Source of the DNA: Diplonema japonicum
Taxonomy: Eukaryota > Protista > Euglenozoa: Diplonemea
Length of the DNA stretch: 64,000 bases
Assembly: GCA_964019335.1 (NCBI GenBank)
Contig: OZ025662.1
Location: 1-64,000, forward strand
Direction of reading: 5' to 3'
A program made the position numbers and the translations under genes. Numbering within the stretch: the first letter of the stretch is position 1; every line of letters starts with the position of its first letter. Below, one piece after another: positions 53,307 through 63,370 of the stretch. Below the pieces are notes generated by a model. That model was not told the origin of the DNA. It did no database searches and was given only the letters and a program-made list of their open reading frames with translations.

Positions 53307-54596
53307 TCATACTTGATCAAGGCTTACAGGGTTTTTCATCTTGAGCTCCTCGAAAGGAGCAAGGTAAGTAGGGTACAGCTTGCGAGAGATGAAAGTGGCC
53401 AACAGGCTGCGTGTTTCACCAATAAGCTGCGAGGCACCAACGTGATCTTGAGGGCCAAGCTGGATGAACTGCATGGGGAAGCCGATGTCGAAGATATTGT
53501 TGCCGCTACTAATCTTATTGTTAAAAGCGATGGACGTGATCATGGCTGTCACCGTTGACACATGGTCTACGATGTACGAGAGGCCTGACTCCCGTCCGTG
53601 CTCGGAGTCCTGACGGGCGATGTCGCCCAATGCAAAGATGTGAGGATGGCCGTCAAGCTGGTTGAACTCATTCACCTGCACGAACCCACGGTCGTCAAGG
53701 TGAGAGCTGAAGTTTTTCTGCAGGCACTGCGTCAGAGGGTTGATCCCCCTGCAGTCCATTACGTAGTCCACCGGTTCCATTTGCTTCACGATGCGCTCGT
53801 CGATGACCTCCCCGTCCCTGTCTGCGTAGGTGTACTTCACAACAAACTTGTTCGTTTCTGGATCATAGTCCACATCTGTCACCTTTGCCATTGTTTTTAC
53901 GTCCACGCCTGCTTCTCTCAGTTTCTGCTCCACGTAGTGCGACGTCTTAGGGCGGTGAGCGGGGACAAGCGTCTGGTGCGAGTGTAGAAGGCTGATCTCC
54001 TTCTCTGGGTGTTCTCTTCGAAGGACCGCTGCGTTCTCAACGCCTGTCGCTCCGCCGCCGATGATGGTGATCTTCTCGCATTTGTCGATCAATCTGCTGT
54101 ACTTTGCCATTTCTGCCGCTCTCTCTGTTACTGTCATGGCCCTGCTCTCTCTCCATGGCACGTTGCTCCCCGACCCTGTGCAGATGAAGCAAAAGTCGAA
54201 GGCGATCTTTTTCCCGTTCTTCAGAACGACGTGGTGCTCTGCCACTTCTGCTACTTCGCCCACCACAAGCTTCGAGTTGTGCATGTACAGCCTGTGCGGT
54301 ACGAAGTACTTCCGGAACCAGTTCTTGTCTTCTTCTTGGAGATCATCGCTCTTCGGTTGGCCAAGCATGTACTCTTTGAGGATAGGCGTGAACTCGAAGT
54401 AGGATTTCTTGTCCACCAGTGTCAGATTCATTAAGTGGTCCATCGACATTACAAGCATGGAACCAGCACACCCCCCTCCGATCACCACACCACGCACCTT
54501 GTCAGTGCGCCGGAGGCTCTCTGCTTCGCACGATGCAAGGCTAGCCGCACCAAACCCCACCACACCTGCCCCTGCACCGATGAGCCATCGTCGCAT
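53307..54596 (-). CDS. AIFM2/AMID/FSP1-like FAD/NAD(P)H oxidoreductase with N-terminal targeting or anchor segment
   Basis: Motifs IGGGCAG, ICTGS, IIGGGATGVE, G.VQVN and IFALGD. N-terminus MRRWLIGAGAGVVGFGAASLASCEA. Confidence 0.85.
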   Translation of the reverse strand: MRRWLIGAGAGVVGFGAASLASCEAESLRRTDKVRGVVIGGGCAGSMLVMSMDHLMNLTLVDKKSYFEFTPILKEYMLGQPKSDDLQEEDKNWFRKYFVPHRLYMHNSKLVVGEVAEVAEHHVVLKNGKKIAFDFCFICTGSGSNVPWRESRAMTVTERAAEMAKYSRLIDKCEKITIIGGGATGVENAAVLRREHPEKEISLLHSHQTLVPAHRPKTSHYVEQKLREAGVDVKTMAKVTDVDYDPETNKFVVKYTYADRDGEVIDERIVKQMEPVDYVMDCRGINPLTQCLQKNFSSHLDDRGFVQVNEFNQLDGHPHIFALGDIARQDSEHGRESGLSYIVDHVSTVTAMITSIAFNNKISSGNNIFDIGFPMQFIQLGPQDHVGASQLIGETRSLLATFISRKLYPTYLAPFEELKMKNPVSLDQV

Positions 54597-54788
54597 ATCC
54601 TTCTTAGTTGAGTGGTTTGAGTGCATGAAATTAAAGGGGGGAGAAGAAGAAGAGAAACTGAAGACAGAGAACGGGGATAGAGGACCGAGAACTGGCTAGT
54701 AGAAGGCTACTCTTTATAAAAAAAGTGGAATGCACTGGCCAGTGAAGCAAAGCAGAAATATAGCACGAAAATCAAAGAAAAGGAAGAA

Positions 54789-55740
54789 CTGTAAAACAAA
54801 AAAATGCCGGACGGACAAACTCCCGGACGCGACAGAAACCCGGACGTTTGTCCGTCATTTTTTACACAGGGTCTGATAGGATAGGTACGGTACGTGGCAT
54901 CCTAAGAAGGAATATATTTTGTTGTATTTTTTTAGCCCGGCAAGGGGGAAAAGCTTCTGGGTGACAACAATTTTCCCTATGCCAAGGTCCCGACGCAGGC
55001 CCTTTTTAGAGCCAATTTCGGCTCAGCAGGTGTGCACTACGCACAGGGGATACTGCGCTCCAACCCGGCCCGAAAAGAGGACCTGGTCGAATACGGTGGG
55101 ACGATCTCTATTTCTACTGCCTGGGATAATAAAATGTGTAGCAGAAACAGCTACACCAGCCGCCGACCCACCACGGGAAAACTCGGGAACTAGGGACAAG
55201 GAAGTTGACCGACTTTTTGCCAACTTCTGAGTCATGAGAGGTGGGAGGACTAGGGCTGGGAAGAGGAAGAAGAGCAGCTCGAGGGTACAAATGCTGGATC
55301 CCCGGAGCCTGACATTGCAATTGACGTGGGCGCCTTCTCCATGGACACGAGCTCTGTCCCCCAGGCCTCTATCCCGAAGGAACCGAAGGAATCTTTCTAT
55401 CATCTGACACGGCTTCTGTGGATGCTCCCCAGCCGCACCCAGCAGCGTAAGGATGAGGCTGATTCCAGGAGGGCCTTAGGGGTGCAAGAGCGTAGCGTAG
55501 CAGTCCCCTACTCCCTTTTTTCTTTTTATTTAACCTTTCCCTGCCAACCCTGCTAACATTTCATCATGCCTTTCTTGTCCTATGCCGGATGTAACCGTGA
55601 TGTGACACTTTGAAGATACCGTGCCCCCCCTCTGTTCTCCCATTGGTTTCTGACGGAAAAGCCATAAAGAGAATTTTAATGCCGGACGGGAAAATGACAA
55701 ACTCCCGGACGTTTGTCCGTCCGGCATTTTTGTTTTACAG
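54789..55740. mobile_element. Non-autonomous DNA transposon with ~30-bp TIRs and subterminal GGACG/TTTGTCCG hairpin repeats
   Basis: The left end CTGTAAAACAAAAAAATGCCGGACGGACAAAC is the reverse complement (A-run differs by 2) of the right end GTTTGTCCGTCCGGCATTTTTGTTTTACAG. Right flank is TA and left flank AA, so the TSD is unconfirmed. The interior has a stop-broken acidic coding-like remnant. Confidence 0.75.
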
Positions 55741-56059
55741 TACTTTAGAGAATGCTTGTATGAGTTCGTCCGGATTAAAATGTCAACACCTTTTTGTTTT
55801 GATTATTTGAGCAAAAGGGCAGCATGCAAGCATAAGAATGGTGCATGTGCCTGTTGCCGTCCTTTCAATTGCGATTCTTGTTTTGCCATGAGGGTGGCAG
55901 GCTTTGCAAGCGTTTGGTCACGGGAAGCGGCAAACGGAAGTCCTGAAAAATGACAGCCAGTCTGCACACAAAGGGGTGCCGAACTACTTTTTTTATCTAG
56001 TATCTTGTTGACATTTCCCCCCAGGAGAACTCATATATTTTTTTTTATTTTTTTTTATT

Positions 56060-56306
56060 TTTTATTTCACTCTTCTGAAATTACTTCACGCTAAATCTCA
56101 TTACTTACCACAGTGAAATAATGGCCTGTTTTCCGTGAAGTAATAGGGGGTTTCCGGTAAATAATATGCCTCGGTAGGCCAATTTTTGCCTTGGTTCAAT
56201 TCCTAGTGGGGAACTTTTTCCTCTCAGTTTGTCAATTTCCCCCCAGGTTCAGCTCAATTGGCAGCAGTAAGAGCGAGTGACTCAAATGACGAAGAGTGAA
56301 ATAAAA
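56060..56306. repeat. 16-bp perfect inverted repeat pair (degenerate foldback/MITE)
   Basis: TTTTATTTCACTCTTC (56060-56075) and GAAGAGTGAAATAAAA (56291-56306). Nearby repeated TTTCCCCCCAGG near 56015 and 56237. Confidence 0.5.
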
Positions 56307-56408
56307 CAACTTACTTGCCGCCAAATGAGCCATTATTTAACACTCGTTACCGTTTTAGGTATTGGGAACTCGAGTTAAATAATGACTCATAATTTGTTGG
56401 CAATAAAT

Positions 56409-56446
<38 letters not shown>

Positions 56447-56664
56447 GTACAATTGTATAATTCACCACATCCGAAAGAAGAGAATCTATCTGGTGGGGAA
56501 ACGCAAATCCCTGGAAAGGGAGTTGCTTTAGTAGGTTAGTAGTTTAGGAGCTCGTCCCTAAAAGGATCCATACAAAGGTTCTCTTTAGCTTCTCTTTTTT
56601 TCTTAGCCCGTCCATCCAGCCTCGAAGGGCACAAAAAAATGGAAAATTAAGTTTTGAATATCTA

Positions 56665-57942
56665 CCGGATTTGTACTTATATTGTTATGTGAAAAGTCCC
56701 AAATTGGGCAAAAAATTCGAAAAAGGTACATAATATTTACAGAACACCATTAAAACAGAACATAAAAATCACAAAAATAAAAAAAATCCCAGAAAATATC
56801 CCTAAAAATAAAAAATCCCAAGACAAAAACAAAATACCCCCCAGCCGGGGAGGGGGGGTGGTATTACCGCAATTCTAGTTCACTATTGCCCAGTCCTGCA
56901 CGTAAAGCACACCACATAGTCGCAGGACGGGCAGACCCTCCCGCGGGTGCTCATGTCATGCTCACCAGAGCATTCCGTGCACTACCACACTGGCCTCTTT
57001 TCTAACCTGCTTGAGGGTTGCGCTGCAGTTGGGGCAGGGCACCCTCGTCACGTTGTTCGTTCGCTGGCTTGGGGTCACTTGGCTTGGTGCCGCTGCTTGG
57101 CTTGGGGCTGAGGCTTCTTGGTCAGGCATTTCTTCTTCTTCTTCTGCTTCTTCGTCAGAAGAAGGCGCATCAGAAATGGCCTCTATGTCGAGGTGCCCAG
57201 CCTGCTGAACATCTCAGTGATCTCAATGTCCGGGTCTTCGGGTGCTGGTTCCGGGTCGACCGACAGTCCCAATGGCTCCAATGGATCAATCTCCATCGGG
57301 TCAACTCCTGCATCTGCACCCAGCTTCTCGAACCAGCCCGACCTCGGAAGGCGGGGGCGGAGGGCCAGACGAGGGCGCAGGAACGTCCTCAGTGGGCGGG
57401 GTCACGGATGCAGACCCGGGTGGGAGATCGTTAAAAAGGTAAGCGAACCCTGCCCGGATTGTTAGCTTGCGGTAAGCCTCGACACCCCAGGCAAGAACAA
57501 AAGGACGCATAATCTTTGTCCTTTTGTCAACCTCTAGCATTGCTGATTTTGCAATCTGTGAAGGTGTTGGGGCAGCAGGGGAGGCCACGGGGTTGCGCGG
57601 CAACAAGACTAACGGGAACAAGCAGTAAGAAGGGCTTCTCTTCTGTGTCTTTTCCGCTCTTTCTTTATCTGGGCCTTCAGGGCGTCCGCGTACCTTGTTT
57701 TGAAAATGGAAACCAAAAAGTAGATCTTGTACACCACAAACGTGGCTTTGATTTTAGTGGGGCCTGTCCTGGGGGGGGGGGGGGGGGGGGGGGGTCAAGC
57801 CAAAAATAATAAAAATTGTTTTTTGTATTGTTCTGTAAAAAGTCCCAAGTTGGGTCCAAAATCCGAAAAAGGTACATAATTTATACAGTACACTAAATCC
57901 CCAGACCATTATTAAAACTGAACAATATAAATACAAATCCGG
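56665..57942 (-). mobile_element. Tc1/mariner-superfamily (pogo/Tc2-like) element, internally deleted, TA TSD
   Basis: TA|CCGGATTTGTACTTATATTGTT ... AACAATATAAATACAAATCCGG|TA (22-bp TIR, 1 mismatch). Subterminal direct repeat AAAAGTCCCAA..TTGGG..CGAAAAAGGTACATAAT near 56692 and 57838. Interior is a broken ORF with an acidic tract and a CxxC-rich finger (CPNC..CTEC..CPSC..CFTC). Confidence 0.8.
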
Positions 57943-58015
57943 TATTCTAAATCAAATATAGCACCCACCCACAGGGCGCATACAAATAGGCCGGTTATAA
58001 AAAAAAAAAAAATTA

Positions 58016-58064
58016 AAGTATGTTTGCACTTTCCACGGACGGAAGTATGTTTGCACTTTCCACG
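58016..58064. repeat. 22-bp direct duplication AAGTATGTTTGCACTTTCCACG with a 5-bp spacer
   Basis: Seen directly at 58016-58037 and 58043-58064. Confidence 0.9.
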
Positions 58065-58140
58065 TCACGTTGGAGACAGATTGTTCGAGTTGCCGGACTC
58101 AGCCCGTGTGCCTGTGTGATGTTTGTGAGGTGGCCGCTTA

Positions 58141-60726
58141 TTACACACCATGCATCATCTTTTCGTAGCCCATCAGCTGTCGCTGGAAACCCTGGTTGGG
58201 GTTGGCCGTTGGCCGTGCGCTCTTTATGTGAGCCATTGCTTGTCTGAAGCTGAAGCCACTGTACCTGATGAGGTAGGCGCATAGGATTGCGACAGAGCGA
58301 TTGTTCCCAGAGAGGCAGTGCACAATGACTGCTTTTTGCGAGGCGAGTACGCGGTCCAAGCAACATGTCGCATCATCGAAGAATTCGTTGATCTGCGTGT
58401 CGGTGCTGCTGTCAACATTCACCCTCGTGTGCTCTATCCCTTCTGGCATCGGATCTATCACAGCCAAGTCCTTACCTATAGTCATGATGTGCTGTATGTT
58501 CAGCTCGCTGAGGACATAGTATTCTTGCACCGAGCGCAGCGATCCTAAGTACAGGAACTTCCCCACCCGGTCGGGGTAGATCATGTTCCACTCTATCTCC
58601 AGCCCCATCGGGAGGTCCATCATGTTCAGTTCCTTCATCAGCACAGGCGAGTTGTTGATCTTCAACTTGCACTCCACCCACCTCCACATCCCCGGCAGGT
58701 GCAGTATCGGGTTCCCTGAAAAGCTCAGCCTCTTGAGGCCCTCCACGTTTGTGAGGGTGGTTGACACCATGGCGAACCGGTTGTTGTCAAAATCAACTTC
58801 CTCCAACACAGATCCCTTCGGGATGTCGGGCAGGTCGCCTATCATGTTCCCCGACAAGTTCAGGCTGGTGAGCGACTGCAAGGCTAGTACTTCGACGGGC
58901 ACCCTCGCCAATTCGTTCCCCTTCATGATCAGCTCTTCGAGAGCATGAAGCTTCTCGATCTCAGGGGGGATGTCTGTCAGGTAGTTCATCGACAGGTCAA
59001 GTTTTTTCACCCAAAAGAACTCAAAGGTAGAAGCAGGCACTGCACGCAGCGATAAGCATGACAGGTTCAACGTCAACTCTCGGTTGTCCATTGCGGCCTT
59101 CAGCAGGTTTGAGGTTGACGTGCGGTTCGAGTCTTCCTCTGCTGCGAGTCGCCTTCCCGGAAACTTCCTACTCACCATCTTATAACAGCTCCCCATTTCA
59201 AGCGGGTTGTTCACCAGCGACTTGGCGATGTCTTCAGCAGTGATCATGACATGCGTGTACTCCGGGATGCCCGTCATCAGGTCGTTGAAGAAGGGGTGCT
59301 CCAAACACTCCCTCACGAGCATCCTCTTGGCGTCCCTCTTTTCCAGCATGCCTCGCATCAGGTCTCTCAGGATCATGCAAGGTATGCTCTTGAAGTCTGG
59401 GTCTGATTTCGTCAGGTACTTCCTAACTAAAGAAGCAGTATCCCCAGGGAAAGGGGGGCGCCCAACAGCCATGAAGAAAATAAGGACACCCAACGACCAC
59501 ACGTCCCCTGCAGCTGTCCTTTGCTCTGAGGGCGAAAGGAAGCCGTAGAAATCCTCTTTCTTCCATCCGTGTAGAGTTCCCACGTCGCACAGCACTGCTC
59601 GCCCGTTGCCGTCCACAAGCACATTGCTAGGCTTGATGTTGCCATGTGTGATATTAAGAACATGTAGGTAGTGCAGGCCCAGCAGCAGTGACATGCTGTG
59701 AAGCCGTACCGTGTCCATCTTGAAAGGTGGGTCGAAAAGGCGGTATAGCTGCCCGCCAGGGACGAACATGGTGAAGACGATGATGGAGCTGTTCTCGTAG
59801 ATACATGCAAGTAGCGGAGAGATGTTGGGGTGGATAATGGTCTTCAGAATAGCCAGCTCTCTACAGAGCTTCTTCGTGATAGGGACTGGTGCCTTGGTGT
59901 ACTTCGACACCACTAAGGTGTCTGGGGACACTGCTGAGGTCAGCAGCTGTACCTCAGGGGTCTTCGTTAAGTACTCCAGGAAGAGGTGGTTTTCATCGCA
60001 CTTCCGTTGCGCGGTTGTGGCAATGACACTGGATGTAGAGACGCCTGACGCACACGTGCTGTAAGATGAGATAGAGCTGCCCAGGGATGGGTCCATGATG
60101 TTTTCTGCAGGAGGGCCAGGTGGGACTGCCCAATGGGGTATCCAGTCCCGCTCTTTGGCCAGCATGGCTTCGCAGTGCATGCAGTGCTGGTTCTTGTACA
60201 GGCCTTCCCATGCCGTGTTGCACTCCTCATGCCACTCGGGTTTGACTTTGTTGCATTCATTTGTCTTCCTTTCAGTTAGTGCTTTGCTGAGTTCTGAGAC
60301 GTTCATTCGCTCTTGTGTGAGACCGACTTTGATGAAATACTGCGCGGCAGGATACCGGGCGTCATCGCTGGGGATGCACTCGGGGCAGAGCTCTGTGGTG
60401 TTCAGCTGCAGCAACGTCTCGATGTGGTCTAGCATGGCGCAGACCTGGCCTACGTTGAGATCCTTTAGCTGCTGGGCAACTGACGTGCTGATAGCAAAGG
60501 ATTCGTGGGGCGAAGGTATAAGATTTTGAGATGCAGAGAGGGGGTTCCCGAACACAGCTTCGCTGGCGTTAAGAAAACTGTCGTTATCCAGAAGCTCGCT
60601 CACAGCAACGCTTACCTTTCGTCCCTTTGGTGGCTTCGGTGTCTCCATTGGCTTCGGGCTCTCCATCACCATGTCATCAAAGACCAACACTTCTCCCTTG
60701 TAATCCTTGCACAACCCCGCACCCAT
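58141..60726 (-). CDS. 'Kinatase': pseudokinase, LRR and dual-specificity phosphatase; N-terminal MG..C acylation motif
   Basis: Kinase lobe with HGNIKPSN (catalytic Asp changed to Asn), DVG and DVWSLG. LRRs LDLSMNYL and LNLSGNMI. DSP motifs LYLGS, VHCLSGNNRS, AYLI, NPNQGF. Starts MGAGLC. Confidence 0.9.
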   Translation of the reverse strand: MGAGLCKDYKGEVLVFDDMVMESPKPMETPKPPKGRKVSVAVSELLDNDSFLNASEAVFGNPLSASQNLIPSPHESFAISTSVAQQLKDLNVGQVCAMLDHIETLLQLNTTELCPECIPSDDARYPAAQYFIKVGLTQERMNVSELSKALTERKTNECNKVKPEWHEECNTAWEGLYKNQHCMHCEAMLAKERDWIPHWAVPPGPPAENIMDPSLGSSISSYSTCASGVSTSSVIATTAQRKCDENHLFLEYLTKTPEVQLLTSAVSPDTLVVSKYTKAPVPITKKLCRELAILKTIIHPNISPLLACIYENSSIIVFTMFVPGGQLYRLFDPPFKMDTVRLHSMSLLLGLHYLHVLNITHGNIKPSNVLVDGNGRAVLCDVGTLHGWKKEDFYGFLSPSEQRTAAGDVWSLGVLIFFMAVGRPPFPGDTASLVRKYLTKSDPDFKSIPCMILRDLMRGMLEKRDAKRMLVRECLEHPFFNDLMTGIPEYTHVMITAEDIAKSLVNNPLEMGSCYKMVSRKFPGRRLAAEEDSNRTSTSNLLKAAMDNRELTLNLSCLSLRAVPASTFEFFWVKKLDLSMNYLTDIPPEIEKLHALEELIMKGNELARVPVEVLALQSLTSLNLSGNMIGDLPDIPKGSVLEEVDFDNNRFAMVSTTLTNVEGLKRLSFSGNPILHLPGMWRWVECKLKINNSPVLMKELNMMDLPMGLEIEWNMIYPDRVGKFLYLGSLRSVQEYYVLSELNIQHIMTIGKDLAVIDPMPEGIEHTRVNVDSSTDTQINEFFDDATCCLDRVLASQKAVIVHCLSGNNRSVAILCAYLIRYSGFSFRQAMAHIKSARPTANPNQGFQRQLMGYEKMMHGV

Positions 60727-62525
60727 GTTGTTTGCCTTTACTACTTCGCCGTATTTTGTTCATGCATCTTCACACCTTTTCCTAATGTGGAATGAAGGAT
60801 GTTACGTAAAAAAAGAAAGAAATTGAAATAAAGGGGGGGTGAATGAAGAACATAAAAGGGGGAGGGGGGGGACCGCATTTTCTTTCTTTTTTTTTTTTTC
60901 CCCTTTTTTATTTCTTCTTCTTCTTCTTGTATGGGCAAAAAAAAAAAGGGGGGAAAGGTGAGCGTTGAAGGATAGTGGGCGGGACAAGAATAGTGGGGGA
61001 AGACAAAATAAAAGAAAAAAAAGAAAGGAAAGAGACAGTAATGGTGGAGTCTCATTCTCGCGTACTCTTCCTTCGGCATACAGTGGTACCAGCCCCCCCA
61101 AAAAAAGAAATTAGAAGTGGTGTGAGACTACTTGGGGTCCGGTTTATTGAAGATTAGTTGCAAGAGATAGCTTCCCAACAACTCAGCCACGTCACGCAAC
61201 GTCGAAAGCCCCAAGGTATTCTGTTTTCGAAGATCACCATATCCCTTAACCACAGAGAAGGGTCTTGTTGGCCTAGTTCCATGCAAAATGACAGCATAGG
61301 CCCTCCCCCCGCATCACGGGTCTTCTTTAGTTCTCGAGTTCTTCTCGCAGGGCAAACTCAAGAAATACTCGAGTTTTTTTTTTTCTTTTTTTTTTTCTTG
61401 CTCCCATTTTCTTGTTCTTGAACTTCTTTCTTTTCTTTAAGGCGGGGGGTAAACTATTTTTTTTTTCCTTTGGACCGTGTAGGGAAAGAACGGAAGAAAG
61501 GGAGGCAATAAAATACAAACGGATCAAAACGGAGGGAGTGTGGACGTAAAAAGAAGGGGGGGGGGGGTAAAAAGTAAACTATGGAGATGGGACCCACCAA
61601 ACAAAAAAGAAAGCTATTAAATCCGCCAATATATCCCAAAAGTTAAGGCAAGGTGTTACGGAGGAGTAGCACTTCGGACCCCCCCTCCCCCACCCAGGCA
61701 CTTCGACCACAGGAACAGGACTTCCTTCCCTGGGTAAGAATTAACGGATTCAAGACCTAAATAAAAAGAGAGGAGAGAGAGAGAAGGGGGGGGGGGTCAA
61801 AATCCTCGAAGGACCAACAACACGTACTTTTACTTACCCATAGCGGTGTGCAGAAATTGTGACACCTTTATATAAAAAAAGGGGGGGGGTGGAGGGGGGA
61901 GGGACTTTCGTTCTTTATTTCTTCTTCCTTTTCTTCTCAGCCACCCCGGCTTTCCTAGCAGTACACCAATCTCATCCGTGTCCGACACTTATTGTGGACA
62001 GGAGGCCAGTGCAGTGGAAAGGGAAAGGGGCACAACTACTTTTACAGTGCGTGAAAAAAAAAAAAGAAAAAAAAAAGAATGCAAAAGTAATATGGCACGA
62101 GGCACATTATGCAGGCGGATTGGTACCCCTTCTTCTTTTCAGTGGTCGGCCGTTATGAACACGATGCGTCCGTTGAACAAAGGCGGTGGAAAGAAAAAAA
62201 AAAAAAAAAAAAAAGAAACGGGCTAATTTCTAGATAAGTGTGTGGGGTGTTATTACCATCCTCCAACGTGAGCACGTGGTCGAAGCCCTCTTGTCGTAGA
62301 AAGGCAACAAGTGCTACCAGGGCACCTTGTCCCCCTATTTAGAAACGCCCCAAACAATTTTTTATTTCTTTTAAAGCAGCAGCATTGAAGGAAAGGGAGA
62401 GGGGGGGGGGGGGGGGGGGCAATTGGTGCGGTATGGAGGGATAAATGAACGCAACAGAAACTAATACGGGAACGTGAGGGGAAAGGGGGAGGGGAATAAA
62501 ATAATAACTATTGATTTATGAAAAA

Positions 62526-62653
62526 TAAAGTGGACTTTATTCCCCGCGGCTGATAATCTGTCCCTCGGAATCTGATTTTCACGAGCGAAGCGAGGGAAAA
62601 TCAGATTCCGAGGGACAGATTATCAGCCAAGGGAAAGAGTAAAGTCCACTTTA
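62526..62653. repeat. Long palindrome: 33-bp perfect stem, GCGAAGC-containing 15-nt loop, outer 14-bp arms
   Basis: 62548-62580 is the exact reverse complement of 62596-62628. TAAAGTGGACTTTA (62526-62539) pairs with TAAAGTCCACTTTA (62640-62653). Confidence 0.95.
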
Positions 62654-62769
62654 ATTCATGAATACGTAATTTTATTTATTTTCTGGTTCCCAATGACACT
62701 CCCAAAACCCCCCAAAGCCAGGAAGTCTAGGATTTGACATAACATTAAGACAGGGGGTTGCTTGCACTG

Positions 62770-63000
62770 CTCGTCCCACGCCTTCAGCATGGCAGTCAAC
62801 CTGGGCCAGTCTTGCAATTTGTGCTAATGCTCCATGGTATGGTTCAGGCGGCTATAAAGGGACCAGAGGCTCGACGGCTTAGCCCTCCTTTGTACAGGGC
62901 ATCGAACTACTTTATGATGTCAGCCTCCCTGGGCTTTCTGGTGCGGATGCGGCTGAACTCGATGAACTCCCTGAGGAACCTGGGTGCACCAGGTGCACGC
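62770..63000 (-). pseudogene. Fragment of a Crypton-like tyrosine recombinase (core-binding domain)
   Basis: Hand translation: FLREFIEFSRIRTRKPREADIIK*FDALYK /frameshift/ KPSSLWSLYSRLNHTMEH*HKLQDWPRLTAMLKAWDE. This resembles the YF...KPSTLWSxYSML...KLxAFLK pattern I recall from eukaryotic Crypton-type recombinases. Confidence 0.6.
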
Positions 63001-63370
63001 ATGGCCCCTGTTCTCGTCCCTACTTAGAGGGGCTGCGAGCGATGTTCTTACCGCAGATGCCATCCATGGCTGAAAGGCAAACCCCGACAGCCAACACCAA
63101 GATGCAACAGCAGAATGGTGACAGGCACGTGTAGGATCCCCTGTCCACGGTGGGCACCAACCATTCACAAATTTGCAGAAAACATGAGGGAAAAAATAAA
63201 GTACTTTATCTAGCCAAAATCCCTTTAGAGGGAATCCAGAAAATAAATAAAAATAAGATGTCTTTGAAGGGAACCTGCAGTATGTGACAGGATCGCCTAA
63301 ATAAAAAAATAAGAAAAAACAAAAACCCACCCGTGCTATGTGCAATAAAAGGAAACAGGGAAGAGGGAAC

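Noticed and set aside
56880-63000. UAG reassignment suggested by in-frame TAGs in element ORFs
   Set aside because: TAG terminates intact genes (4194, 6766, 15929, 17230), and the element ORFs also carry frameshifts, so this is decay.
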